The notes under the pieces are model-generated. The model was given only the letters and a program-made list of their open reading frames with translations, was not told the DNA's origin and searched no databases. From NCBI RefSeq assembly GCF_009914755.1, contig NC_060947.1: DNA of 64,000 bases; one strand, written 5' to 3'. Of this stretch, positions 13,991-27,274 are shown in pieces. The translations under genes were made by a program, and so were the position numbers. The number at the start of each line of letters is the position of its first letter. The first letter of the stretch is position 1. The DNA comes from the human T2T-CHM13v2.0 reference genome, Homo sapiens.

Positions 13991-14289
13991 AGTAATGGTC
14001 TGGTTTTAATGGGGGGATTTCTGGCTCCAGAAAGCATAAACAGTAATTTCTTGCAGCTATTGACATACAGAGGTGACTCACTCTTCTCCAGATACATTAT
14101 TAAAATTAAGAAAGGATTATATTTCTTACTGGTGGCTTTGAATTGAGGAGGATTTTGTGATCAAACACAGTTCAGGTAGAATAGACATGGGATCAGAATC
14201 ACCTAGGACTCAGAAAACAGCTGAGACACTCTTATGGAACAATGTTTTCAAAGGATGGTGAGCCAGAAACAGCTAGAAGTACACCAAAG

Positions 14290-14680
14290 CATAGTGATGT
14301 CATTGAGAAATGACAGCCTAGCCAGTGGCTACATTTCACAGTTCTTTTTGCATCTATGTGGGGCCATGTGACTAGTTCTGGCCAGTAGAATGAAAGCAGA
14401 AGTGAAGTACGTACCACTTCAAAACCAAGTGTCAAGTATTCTGTTCTTGCACTTTCCCATCTGAAATGACCATGAAGACTCATTATTGAAGATGATGGCA
14501 TTGTAAGATGGAAGGAAGCAGCATCCTTGAGTCAGCATTTAGAAGATAGCCACCCAAGACAAATGCCTGACCAAGAACATCAACACTGGATTTTGTGCAA
14601 CTGAGAAATAAATGTTTATTGTGTCAAGTCATTGACATTGGAGGGTTGTTTGTGAAAGTAGTCTGCATAGCTTGACAGGG
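14290..14680 (+). mobile_element. MLT1J/K-like MaLR LTR
   Basis: ggggccatgtgactagttctggccagtagaatg...gaaataaatgtttattgtgtcaagtcattgac. Confidence 0.7.
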
Positions 14681-15920
14681 ACTCATTAAAAAGGCCTCTG
14701 CCATCTGAGCACCTGATTTGGAAGAGATAGAGCATGGGAAAAAGATAAGTGTGGAGCACTTCTTCAAGATGAAGAACACAAATCATGCAAACACAGGGCA
14801 AAGAGAAGACAAAGCACCAAGGGTAATAGTAACAGGAAATCAAAGGCTAATCAAAGGTTAAGTCCACCAAAAAATAAAGGTGGTGGAAGGAAGTCTAAAA
14901 TCAAAAAGGGTTGTTATATGACTTGGGCTTTTGATTTTTTCCATGGCCTACATGACCAATTAAACAATAGTTACAAATGTATATTTCTGTCAACAAGTGG
15001 CTTTTTTACTTTGGTATCTGAATCATTTCCGTTCCCCTAAATAATCTCTTTTTTTTTTGGTTGATGACTCTTCACTGTTGATTTTAGGTCACACTGTAAT
15101 TCATTGTGTTCTCCTGAAATTTTGGTTACTGGTACAAGCAACAATAAAGACATGAAAAATAATTTGAGATTTTGTTACATAGATTAAAGATGTTAATGAA
15201 AGCTTTTTTGATCCTAAGCAAGAGCACTCAGGATTTTTCAGTTAGCTATAGACTTTTTAGACATCTGCTATCGTTCACCATGACACAAAGCTGCACCATT
15301 CTGTTTACTGATATCTCGAGTGTTAAATGCTCCTTATATTACTCTCTGAGGATAAAAGAATGTTGAACTGAAATAAAGTGTTAGCCCTTGCCTTCTGCTG
15401 AATTACTGAGCCTCATTTCCGCCTATCTATCTGTCTATCTGTCTGTCTGATTGTCTGTCTCTCAGTTTTAAGCCCTAATAATGACCTGGGCAGGGAATAT
15501 ACTAGACACTAAAATAAATCCTGATTAGGACACAGTCTTATGGGAGCCCCAGTCATGCCAAAAGGTGGGATCTAGAGTGTATCTTGCTGCCCTCATATGG
15601 TCCTGGGTCTGCTTGATGTTTACTATATCCAGTGCTCTCTCAGTTCTTTACAGCCTGGGGGCATTTTTTCCTCAACATCTGGGTCAAAACCTGGTACACA
15701 GTAAATAGTCAACAAACGTACATTGAGTAGAACTAAGCTCTGGAATGCTCAGTCATGATTGTCATGGAACACTTTATGAATTATTAAAGTCTGTTTGTGT
15801 GGGCATCTGCCTCACTTTCTGCCTAGGGCTAAATATCAGCCCTGCAAACCAGCCATACCCAACCCCAGCACTGATCAGGCCCCTCTTATGGGAAGTTGGA
15901 CCCTGTTTTCAGTACCTACT

Positions 15921-16330
<410 letters not shown>

Positions 16331-16844
16331 TAAAAGCATCACTCACTTCTGCCACATGACCCTCTCTCGCCCACCCACACACATACAGACTGGAACCTTG
16401 AAGGTTTCCACGCAGGCTTTACTCAAGGAAAAGTTTACCCGACTCCATTAAGTCTTCCATTTTCCATTATTGGATAGCCATGCCTCTAGAACATGGTCTA
16501 TAACTCTGCTTTTCCTGTTAACTTTTCCCACTATTTCCACAGCTTTTCCTTCAATACCTGCTCACTGCAAAGGCTCTAGTAAGTCCCTTATAGAGTCCCC
16601 TCTCCTCTGCTCCCCAACTCCAAGGAATGACCTAAGGCTAGCTGGAGAAACTTTTCAAATGATCTCGGCTACCTATCAGACCTGAGGTTTGCACTATGCA
16701 AATAACTACACACATAATTAGAAACCCATAGAATATGGTTGTTTTCTACCGAAAACTCATTTGATCCAGGATTTACTGAAGGTAGAACAACTGCAAGGAA
16801 TTAAGGTAACACATACCTGTGAATATAAATAAAATGAACGAGAG

Positions 16845-17060
16845 AGGGAGGTGGACATGGTTATAAAACAACAACATGAGAGATCCTTATAAGGACATAA
16901 CTGTTCTGTATGTTAACAGTATCAGTGTCAATTTCCTAATCATGATATTGTACTACAGTTCTTTCAAGATGTCAACACTGGGGAAAGTGGGTACAATCTC
17001 TATTATTTCTTACAACTGTATGTGAATCTATAATTTTGTCAAAATAAAAAGTTTTCTTAA
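16845..17060 (+). mobile_element. L1MC/MD extreme 3' end
   Basis: caacatgagagatcctt...gatattgtactacagtt...attatttcttacaactgtatgtgaatcta...aaaataaaaagttt. Confidence 0.75.
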
Positions 17061-18679
17061 AATTAATGAATGGGAGTAAAAGAAATTAGCCACTTTTAGA
17101 ATTTGCTCTTAAAGGTTCTGTGTAGATATGCAAAAAAGCAAAAAACTTTAGCTGAAAATGACTGAATTGATTTGCTGGTAAGGAAAATTTCTATAAGATT
17201 CAGGTTAGGCAATTCTGAGTAAAGAAAATGAAGAATGAGTAGAAAAAAACATAGTGGCAGAACCTTCTGGAACTCACCAGGATTTGAACCATGCAACTTC
17301 TGATAATAATACAAATAAAACTCTCCAAAGCAAAACATTTAATCATGTCAGTTCCTACATTGTGCATGTCATAATGATAGCTACAAGTGTAAAAGAATAG
17401 CCTTTCCATTCTACCTTATTCCATTTAAAAGTCTAGCATATGAAATAGTAAAATGAACCTCACATTCTCTGTTATAAGTTAGGTGAGATAAACCACAATT
17501 AAAAATTGAGATGCCTGATAACCAGAGAAAGAAGTGTTAGGCTGCAACCCAAGAGTCAACTAAATAAATCCCTGGCATTAACTTGGAACTGTCTCTAACA
17601 GTTGCAATATAATTCAAATTATTAATGACATGATAGCTGATGTGTTGCAATCCTCTCAGTAGTGATGCTAAGTTATACTCGCCACATGTACATTCACTAG
17701 AAAATCATCATAATTAATTTTAGTACAGCCCCGAGCTATCATTAGTGATAAATCATGATAATGATTACATTCAAGTTTAATGTTATTGACTACATGAATT
17801 ATAATGTTATTAACAAATTAGATTGAACGTCTTATCTAAAGCTAATGTTCTAATGGGGAGAAGTAAACCCCTTTCCATCTGAAGCCCAGAGTAACTTACT
17901 GGTTGCCAGTCCTGTCTCCCTATTAACTCTGGTGGTGTAAGGTGGATAAAATAAGAAGTAATAAGTCTCCAATTCAACAGATAATCAGGCCCTTCTTCAT
18001 AGTAAAAATGAAGGATAACCTTGCATTTCCCACTTGCAGAGTCATTAGCCAAGGCTTCCAGCTTCCTGGAGAGAGATCCAGAGAGCTGACATTATGGGCA
18101 CCTAATAAACTGAAATATCCAGGTCTCCAAGTCGATATTACAAGAGTAGAGATATTGCCAGAAATTAAAAGTTTCAGGGTAAGTCAGAACAGGAAGAACA
18201 TGTGCTCACCCAGCTGCAATCAGCCATCACTGCCAGGGAGGGCCTGGTAAAGAATCCATACCCCGGTTCACAGGATAGAACCAGGGACAGTCATGTGCAC
18301 ATTTCCCCTTCTTCATCTCTGGCCCCAAGGCTTTCACTTATTTTTTATCTTGGACTATCTGTTTCATTGCAAGTCACCTCAAGTCATTTTTTGAATGAAG
18401 TACAGATGAAAGGATAAAAATAAATGTCAACAGTACACTAGCCTTGCTTGCTGACCTTGTTTGCTGTTCTTGAAGGCCTATATCTGCCTTTTTTCATTGT
18501 GGCATGTTGGCAGCTTAAGTTGTGAGGTTGTGAATCGCCATTGATCAATTGCTGATTTGGACATGGGCATTTATGAAGAACTGTCCTGATCAGAAAATAA
18601 CCCATCTAGTCCTTTCTGATCCCTTCAGTTCACCTTTTTTGATCCAGTTATTATGGTTCTTGATATACTCATAAACAAT

Positions 18680-18895
18680 AATAGTTAACAAATATCCTCT
18701 GAGTAGATACTATATGCCACCAGGCATTATTCAAGTGCTTTACGTGAATTATCTCATTTAATCCTTACAATAAGCCTCCATAATAGGTACTGTTATTATT
18801 CCAATTTTACAGTTAAGAGAACCATGGTACATACACACAAAATTAATTGACTTACCTAGTGGAGCTGTATTCAAACCCAGTTCTGTCTATGTGAC
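18680..18895 (-). mobile_element. MIR
   Basis: aagtgctttacgtgaattatctcatttaatccttacaat...attccaattttacag. Confidence 0.75.
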
Positions 18896-18927
18896 TCCAT
18901 CCCTAAAGCTCATAGGTACTTCCTGGG

Positions 18928-18975
18928 TAGGGTTGCCCAGCTAAATTTGAATTTCAGATAAACTGTTTTTTTTAA
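18928..18975. mobile_element. MER53 hAT MITE fragment
   Basis: tagggttgcccagctaaatttgaatttcagataaac is the MER53 terminus with an internal deletion. Confidence 0.6.
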
Positions 18976-19362
18976 TCATTCTCAATACTTCATCATCTTT
19001 GCCTTGTTTTCTTTTTTAATTACAAAAGAAGCAGATCACCACTAAGGAGAGTAAGGACTGAAAATACAAAAGGGTTCATGAGCAATAGAGACACATCTAT
19101 GGAGGGTGTGAAAATTGAAAGGTGGGCTTTCAGATGGAATGACACACACAAAGACACAGAGGAGATAAAAATGAGCTAAGTTTTCTCACTGCTCTTAGGA
19201 GTTCTTCTCCTTACTCTCCAGCTTCTATTTTCCCCACCAAAAAATGACTGAGCAGCCTATGTTTTGAATAATTTTTCCTTTTCATTAAATCAATTCAGTC
19301 ATGGTAGTCTTTAGGCAAATGAGCCTTAAAAGCATTATCGCTAAAAACTCTTCTTCCACTGA

Positions 19363-19873
<511 letters not shown>

Positions 19874-19879
19874 TGATTT

Positions 19880-20690
19880 TTGTTACTCCTTCACATTCAC
19901 ATTTTTGAGCCTGGCATCAGGTGTCATCCACATACCCTGTACCATTTCATCTAATCCTTATAACAAACCTGTCAAATGATCAGTATTATCATCCCTATTT
20001 TATACGTGATGGTAAGTCACTGGAGTGACTTACCAAAAAAACACACACTAGTGAGTGGCAAAGCTTGGTTGGATTTGAACTCAAATCTTCTGGCTCAAAG
20101 CCCCATATTCTTTCAACTATACACAGCTTCTCTTGGATGCCAAGTGCCTCCATTTGTACCCTACTCCAAATTTTCACCTAAGAAAAACACTTTGTAAGGT
20201 TCATTTCAAACAGTATCTGCTCCATAAACTCTTCACTGATCATCCAATAAAAAATGAACTCTCCTTACTTTGATTTCTTTACCATGTTCTTTGTCCACTC
20301 AGTCATTCAATAAACAACTGAGCACCTACTGTGTGCCAGCTTCTATGGCAGGTGCTAAAGGAACAGCAGTGAATGACACAATAAGGATGCTGATCTCATT
20401 GCATCATATATTTTATGGTATAAGTCAGAGAATCATAGTTTCCAATTTCATGTCATCTATAGCCCTTATTTTACAGATGAGTAAACTCACATACATGAAG
20501 TTCAGGTTCATGCCATTATAGGCAGGCCCCAGAATAGAGGCCTTCACCTATCCTTCCCATTAACGTTGTTTATCTCCATGGCTTCTTTTCCCTACTAGGC
20601 TGCCAATAACTTGAGGGCAGGAACTGTGTTTTAATCATCTCTGTACATTCCTCAGCATTAGCACAGACATTCAAAAAAATGGGTGCAATG
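19880..20690. mobile_element. Cluster of MIR and L2 3'-end fragments
   Basis: MIR(-) about 19880-20140 and 20440-20530; L2(-) cattcaataaacaactgagcacctactgtgtgccag near 20300; L2(+) cttgagggcaggaactgtgt near 20610. Confidence 0.6.
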
Positions 20691-22229
20691 TGTGATAATG
20701 GTGGCAAACAGGAAAGACAGATTATCTACACTCTTAGAGCTCCAATGGACAAAAGAGCTAGATATTTAACATTTAAAAGTATGTTACAATTTCAAGTATT
20801 CCCTCACATCACTTTTCAGCAAAAGAGCTTTCATAAATTACAGATATACACTGCTGAGTTAAACTTGTGGAAAGTATCACATATTTCCAAAATGGAAAAT
20901 GTTGTTTTCTGCTATAATAGCCTTTAATCCCTCATTGTTTTCTCCCTTAATTCAAATCCCAATAATTATAAATAGCACATTAATACATAACTTATCTGGA
21001 GGCTACATAGCTATCAACTTCGACCATGAGGAAGTCATCTAAAACACAAAAAGACGCAGAGAATCCCTCTGAGCAGCCAAAATACATTTTAAAAAATACA
21101 GGCATTAAAGAAATGTATTGCTTCTTTAGTCAATATATTAGATCTTTACTGTTTTTATTCAATGCATACTTACCGAGTGTTCATGCTTTCTCTGTGTCTG
21201 AAAATCACCCTGGGACTCTTAACTCTTATTTGGGGCACAATTCTAATAGACATATACATCTAATTTTCATGACTCACAGCCAATGAAAAGCAGCAAGCAG
21301 AAGGTGGATAAGGTTGGCCAGAAGCAGGCTACTGTATCCCATTTTCCTACTTCATTGTAATTCCTACCACCACAGGCATATGTCAACAATACCAAAGAAT
21401 GAACACAAGGCAGCGTCAGCCTATGGATTACTATATTTCACATTTAGGAAATAAGTTATATATAAATACACTGTGGAAGATAACTTGGGTTCCTTCTTCA
21501 CTGCAGCCAGGTAATGATCAGGCAGTAATGGCTAATGAAAGAAATATTTATTTTTCTTTCTGTATTTAAAAGACAAAATCATCAACTATGCATAAGTGAA
21601 GGATTTTGTTTCCATGAGACTCAAATTCCCTCTCCTTAAATTGTTCTGCTTTTGAGCAGAATATACGTGGATTACTTTTTACCAGCAGAGGGAGGTGAAA
21701 AACAAGGAAGCTCTGAACATTTCTCTCTTCACCACAGAGGTTAAGTCTTTTTGTAATGTGACTGATTGGCTCCCTTTAGCAGCATGGTCTAATTTAGAAA
21801 GGTCAGGAAATTGTGTTTAACGTCTACTGAGTCAACAAACTTAGGAAAAACACAAGTGGCAAAAAGAAAACACTCTCAGCAGGATTGGCCCTTATGCAAT
21901 GGCTCCAAGGAGAAGAGCCGAGGGAGAAGCTTAGCAATGTCTGCACCACTGCACACTGACAAGAAATCCTTTTTGCCATGAAATCACACTTCGCATATTT
22001 TTACAGTGTGAAGACATATACACTTCAGCTCAGAGAGAGTTTACTCTTTGTTGCAATGAAACTGATGAAATAAAGGCTTTTGTTGTTGTTTTTACATGAA
22101 TATCATCAGGGCTAAACCCAACTTCTTGGCAGGACTAGGGGGAATGGGCAGAGGGAGGCCATCTCCTACCACTGCTACTACCCCTGAGGTCCAGCAAATA
22201 TGGGCATGAGGGCCTGGGGAAAAAAGGCA

Positions 22230-22683
22230 TATCATAGAGAAAAGAACTTTCATCTGAAGAATGCAAGGCTTTTTAAGTTATGAGGCCCAGAGAGACATTA
22301 AAATGAGACCACAATCCCATCCTATCCCCCACGTGAGCTATGAATTCATCTCAAAACTACGTGTTTTTGCCACAAGTAGCTATAAATTAATCTAATAATG
22401 CCACACTGGACACTATAACCCACACCCTATAGCCTACCAACATATACCAATCACTAATCAATGTTACTTCTATAAACCAGCGAGAATTCCTGACAAACAA
22501 CTTTGTATCAATCCACTCCTTGTTCCCCCTTTTTGCCTTTAAAAATCCACTTGCGAATGCTGCCAATTGGACTGTATATTCAGGGCAATTTGCATCTATG
22601 CTCCTGGTTGCAATCCTCAAGCCTGGCCCAAATAAACTCTAATTATATTAATTTTGCTTCAGCTTCTTCCTTTTAGGTTAACA
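22230..22683 (+). mobile_element. ERV1 (MER4-group; LTR56/MER93-like) solo LTR
   Basis: gcctttaaaaatcc TATA-like segment, caaataaactct poly(A) signal, terminus ttttaggttaaca; 5' boundary and subfamily uncertain. Confidence 0.7.
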
Positions 22684-22901
22684 CCACTTAGGATTCTCCC
22701 AGGGAGGCTTATTCAGCTTATTCAGGTGTATAAATCTAATTTTCCTGCCCCACAGCCAGTGAAAAGCTGCAAGTAGAAGGTGGAAAAGGTTGGCCAGAAG
22801 CAGGCTATTCCATCCTACTACTTCATTGTAATTCCAATAGCCACAGGCATATGTCATCAACGCTAAAAAACGAACAGAAAGTAACAAACTGGGAAGCACA
22901 G

Positions 22902-23476
22902 TATGATGGTTAATTTTAGGTGTCAGCTTGACTGCATTAAAGAACATCTAGAGAACTGTAAAACATCACTTCTGAATCTGTCTGTGAGGGTGTTTCCAGA
23001 GGAGATTGGCATGTGAGTTCGTGGACTGAGTGGGGAAGATCTGCCCTCAATGTGACAGGCACCATCCAATCAGCTGGGGACCCAGGTAGAACAAAAAAGG
23101 CAGGGAGAAGACTATTTCCCCCTCTTTCTCCTGAAGCTAGGACACTCTTCTTCTCTTCCCCTTGGACAGCAGAACTTCAGGCTCTTTGGCCTTTGGACTC
23201 CAGGATTTATACCAGCACCCTCAGTTCCTGCTATGGGTTCTCAGGCCTTGGGCTGAGAGTTACACCATCGGCTTCCCTGGTTCTGAAGCCTATAGACTTG
23301 GGCTGAACTATGCTACCAGCATTCCGGGATCTCCAGCTTGCAGATGGCCTGTTGTGGAACTTTACAGCCTCTATATTCATATGAGCCAATTCCCCTAATA
23401 AATATCCTCTCGTATGTCTGTATTTCTATTATATATCCTATTGGTTCTATCTCTCTGGAGAACCCTGACTAATGCA
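22902..23476 (+). mobile_element. MLT2B (ERVL) solo LTR
   Basis: tatgatggttaattttaggtgtcagcttgactg...ctctggagaaccctgactaatgca; perfect TSD cacag. Confidence 0.92.
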
Positions 23477-23594
23477 CACAGTACAAAATAACTATCAGAC
23501 AAAACCATAACCAAGGAAAAAGAGAATCATGCTTTAAAAAATGCAAATTTTGTCAAATTATTTGCATCCCCTGAGAAACAAGGACAGGGATAGC

Positions 23595-23750
23595 AAATCT
23601 AGAGGAATTCCAAGTTCTAACATAAATTTGCTGTGTGATCTTGAACAAGTCACAGTCCCTCTCTTTGCTTCAATTTCTCCATCTGCAAATTGAGAAAATA
23701 GTATGGACTAGAGAATCTTTCAAATAGCCTCTCAGCCTAACACTCTGAGC
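23595..23750 (+). mobile_element. MIR3/MIR fragment
   Basis: tttgctgtgtgatcttgaacaagtcac...cttcaatttctccatctgcaaattgag. Confidence 0.65.
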
Positions 23751-24231
23751 TCAGTGATTCAATTGCCAGATTGAAAATATGTAAGTAGCATTATCTTCCC
23801 AAACAAAGGTTATCACATGAATTTGTTTGTTCATCATAACAAAGACAGGTCAATGATTATAATTATAATTATAATAGGTCAACTGTCCCACATGAACCCT
23901 GCTCAATTTCCAGCTACATAATTATATTGAGGAACAGGAACACTTGCTACTTTGAGCTGATAGCAAAATTCCTCTCCTCTCTGGGAGAGAACTGTTTCTA
24001 TTTAGGACAAAGACCATACTTAGTTATGAAGATGAGTCCCCTGGGCAGAACCTGCATGGTCTGGGCTGAGACCAACTTAACAGCTAAACTGCTCTAAACA
24101 AGAAATGAAAATAATTTGGGTGGTTGGAAGGAAATGTGCTGGAAAGGGAAAGAGAAGAGGTGGAAGGCCGGAACAAGAGGCCCTGCAGCACAATGGACAG
24201 CTAAATCACAAGTTTAAGGGAAATCTGGTAC

Positions 24232-24409
24232 TAGTGTTGCTGGATCAAATTTTACTGGGCATCTTGTATTTTCACTTCAGGTGAACAAAGAATAATTTTT
24301 AGTATAACTTTTCCAAATATTGCTTGAGACATACTAAAAAATTCATTTATCAGAAGTTCAGATTTTACTGGGTGTCCTGTATATTTATTTGCTAAATCTG
24401 GCAAGTCTA
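24232..24409. mobile_element. MER53 palindromic hAT MITE with an internal micro-inversion
   Basis: TIR-like ends tagtgttgctggat / atctggcaagtcta; centre ccaaatattgcttgagacatac. Confidence 0.8.
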
Positions 24410-25287
24410 CCAGTGGCAGAAATGACAAACATTTTAGGAACTTCAATCTGAGATTGTTTAGCTATACTAGGGTATAACCTCCCTTAGGGCTACCACTAAT
24501 CCATAAAGCATGATTACATTAATTAGAAAAAGGTGATTCTTCTTCCCAGTACCTACCTAAGGCACAGGCTTAATGAGTGTGGTTCACGGGTTAGATTTCA
24601 GCCTCGATTCTCCTCTAAATCCTGCCTCTCTTCCATGTCTTCAAACCTTTAGCAAAGTCTTCTGTACATGGCCCTAGGTTAAGGGTATGGAAGACAGTGA
24701 ATGAAGGTCTCCTGGCCCCAGAGTACAAGATTTGCATAGAGAAATGCAGGAAAAGAGAAGCAAGCTTATTTCAGGATATATGCCTCAGAGGAAAGGTCAA
24801 GGATTCAGTGGCCACAGGCAATAGCATCCAGAGTGACTGAGTAAGAGTCCTCAGACCTTGCCAAAAATCCTGAGATATTAGAGAGGTTGTAGGCTGCCCA
24901 TTGTATATTGGGTGAGAATTAGAGTCAATAATCAGGGAAAGGGTAAAACCTGAAGATGGAACAATTTGGAATATAAATGTGGTTATATAACTAAAGAGGG
25001 AAGTAGGCAGTTCATGAAGATTTAGAGATCATGGCGAAAGAGGAACTCCTACTTATACTCAAGACCCAGGTCAACTGTTACCTGCTCTGTAAAGCTGATG
25101 GTTCTAGGCAGAATTTATTCATTTTTCTTTGTGCTCCAATTCTCCTAGCACCTGTATCTGTTAGAAGCCACGTGGAAAAAAACAATCAGAATATAAGGTA
25201 CAAGTCTCTCTGTCCCTCTCCTCTCTCCCTTTCTCCATTCTCGCTTTCTGTAGAAGCAGATTATGAGTTATTTGAAAACAAGGACTA

Positions 25288-25592
25288 GGCCGGGCGCGGT
25301 GGCTCACGCCTGTAATCCCAGCACTTTGGGAGGCCGAGGCGGGTGGATCACGAGGTCAGGAGATCGAGACCATCCTAGCGAACATTGTGAAACCCTGTCT
25401 CTACTAAAAATACAAAAAATTAGCTGGGCGTGGTGGTGGGCCCCTGTAGTCCCAGCTACTTGGGAGGCTGAGGCAGGCAGGAGAATGGCATGAACCCGGG
25501 AGGCAGAGCTTACAGTGAGCCGAGATCACGCCACTGCACTCCAGCCTGGGCAACAGAGCGAGACTCCATCTCAAAAAAAAAAAAAGAAAAAA
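25288..25592 (+). mobile_element. AluY inserted in an L2 3' end
   Basis: AluY diagnostics (ggatcacgaggtcaggagatcgagaccatcct, gagaatggcatgaacccgg); TSD gaaaacaaggact at 25274 and 25593. Confidence 0.95.
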
Positions 25593-25609
25593 GAAAACAA
25601 GGACTGATA

Positions 25610-25804
25610 TATCAATTTTATAATTGATATTATATAATTATTATATAAATTTATTAATTTTATATAATATTAATATTTATTAATTTTACAAATTAATAAA
25701 TTATTATATAGAATTTATTAATTTTATAAATTAATAAATTATTATATAGAATTTATTAATTTTATAAATTAATAAATTATTATATAGAATTTATTAATTT
25801 TATA
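25610..25804. repeat. AT-rich minisatellite: three 38-bp units plus a degenerate lead-in
   Basis: attaataaattattatatagaatttattaattttataa at 25692, 25730 and 25768. Confidence 0.9.
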
Positions 25805-26799
25805 GCCCCAGTGATTGGCATATACTAGCCAACAGATACATTTGTGAAAAAATAAAATATATTTTGAGTTTAAAATTAAGACTGTAGAAAAACATAATAA
25901 TAGTTTTAAGTATATGGCAGTGTTTATAGTTGTTTTCTATGTTTTTAGAGGGCAACATAAGAGGATAGACATCTCAAATGCAACATGAAGGAAGTAGAAT
26001 AGGCATAAGAAAGAAAAGAATAATAATTTCAGCCACTGGGTGATCAGCCTCTAATGTAGGCTTTTTTAAAAATTCATTTTTAATTCACTTTAGTCAGTTC
26101 AATACGGTCCTACCTCAGGGACCCTTGCAGATCTAAAATCCTGTTTCTCATGGCTCTAAACTCCAAGTACAGCAAGAACAGTAGCTACCATTTCCCTAAC
26201 CCAGTAGGGTAGTTCACTTTTGCAATGCTATGCAAATGACCAGGAGAGCTGACACTTTGGGAAGATTTGCCCGAAAAGGAAAACAAACTGCTAGTCCAGA
26301 GAAAACTCACAGTTACCTACTTTTATTCCACTCTGAACTTTTCCTTTAAGGAGGAAGAGTTGCAATTGACTCCTGAAAGCCCTGCTGATTCAGTCCTGTT
26401 GACTAATCGGTTTGGGTTAATTTTGGAAATGCTAGAACTGTCTGAACTCTTGTATAAAAGAATTGTAAATAGAAATCTGGAAAGGAGAAAGGAAGGACAG
26501 GTCAAGTCTTAGAATAATATTGCTAATAGTGATGAGAATTTTTCTGCCCTACAAAATCTCGTGGCTTCATTCTCCCTCTTTTGTTCACATTTGACTTAAA
26601 AGAAAAAAAAAATGCATCCCTCCTTTCCAATGTTAAGTCCACTTGACTTGGTGCTTTATGTGCCCATCCCTCTTATATTAATTCTCATTGTTTCCACCCT
26701 CCTCCTTTCTGTTTGTTTTTCCCCAATTCCTCTTACTCTGATACCTTTCTCTTGGCTTACACACATGCTTGGTTCTCGCCAAAGCCTCACTTTTCTGCA

Positions 26800-27222
26800 T
26801 CTCTGCTGCCTTCCAAGCAAACATGACTCGTTCTCACCAATATCCAGTTGTCCTCTCCTCCCAGGCATAAAAAGTAAGCACTGTCCACTCTCCTGCAGTT
26901 ACATAGGCTTATGTGACTCGTTTTCACCAATGAACTATGAGTGAGGTAACATGTCACTTAGGGCAGAAGCTTGGAAGAGCAGGTGTGAAATGTCCATGCA
27001 CTCTTTTTCACTGAAGCGGCAACTGAGGAGACTTCGTGTTCCAGAAGGCACAGCAACAGATGATTCAAGTCTCTGTTAGCCTGGGTCAAACAGAGACCTC
27101 TCCTCTGGATTATGATGATTATACAGTATGAGTGAGAAATCAAGTATTTTTGTGTGTTAAAGCATTGAGATTTGAAGGTTATTTGTTAATGTTATATTGC
27201 TTAGACAGTCCTGATTAATACA
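26800..27222 (+). mobile_element. MLT1I-like MaLR LTR
   Basis: atgtgactcgttttcaccaatgaa...atgtcactt; terminus tcctgattaataca. Confidence 0.7.
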
Positions 27223-27274
27223 GTCCTCTTTCTCTCCCACTTTACTAGCAGATATCTTGAAATAATAGTCTAAA

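Noticed and set aside
18456-18585. Possible 130-nt minus-strand exon with one open frame
   Set aside because: Weak donor (GTCAGC), unrecognised peptide and no partner exons
21280-21410. Beta-defensin-like reading GG*GWPEAGYCIPFSYF...GICQQ after a phase-1 acceptor
   Set aside because: Only two of six cysteines, an in-frame stop, no terminal CC and no signal-peptide exon found upstream
25692-25804. Regularly spaced palindromic repeats as a CRISPR-like array
   Set aside because: Primate DNA, no unique spacers and no cas genes
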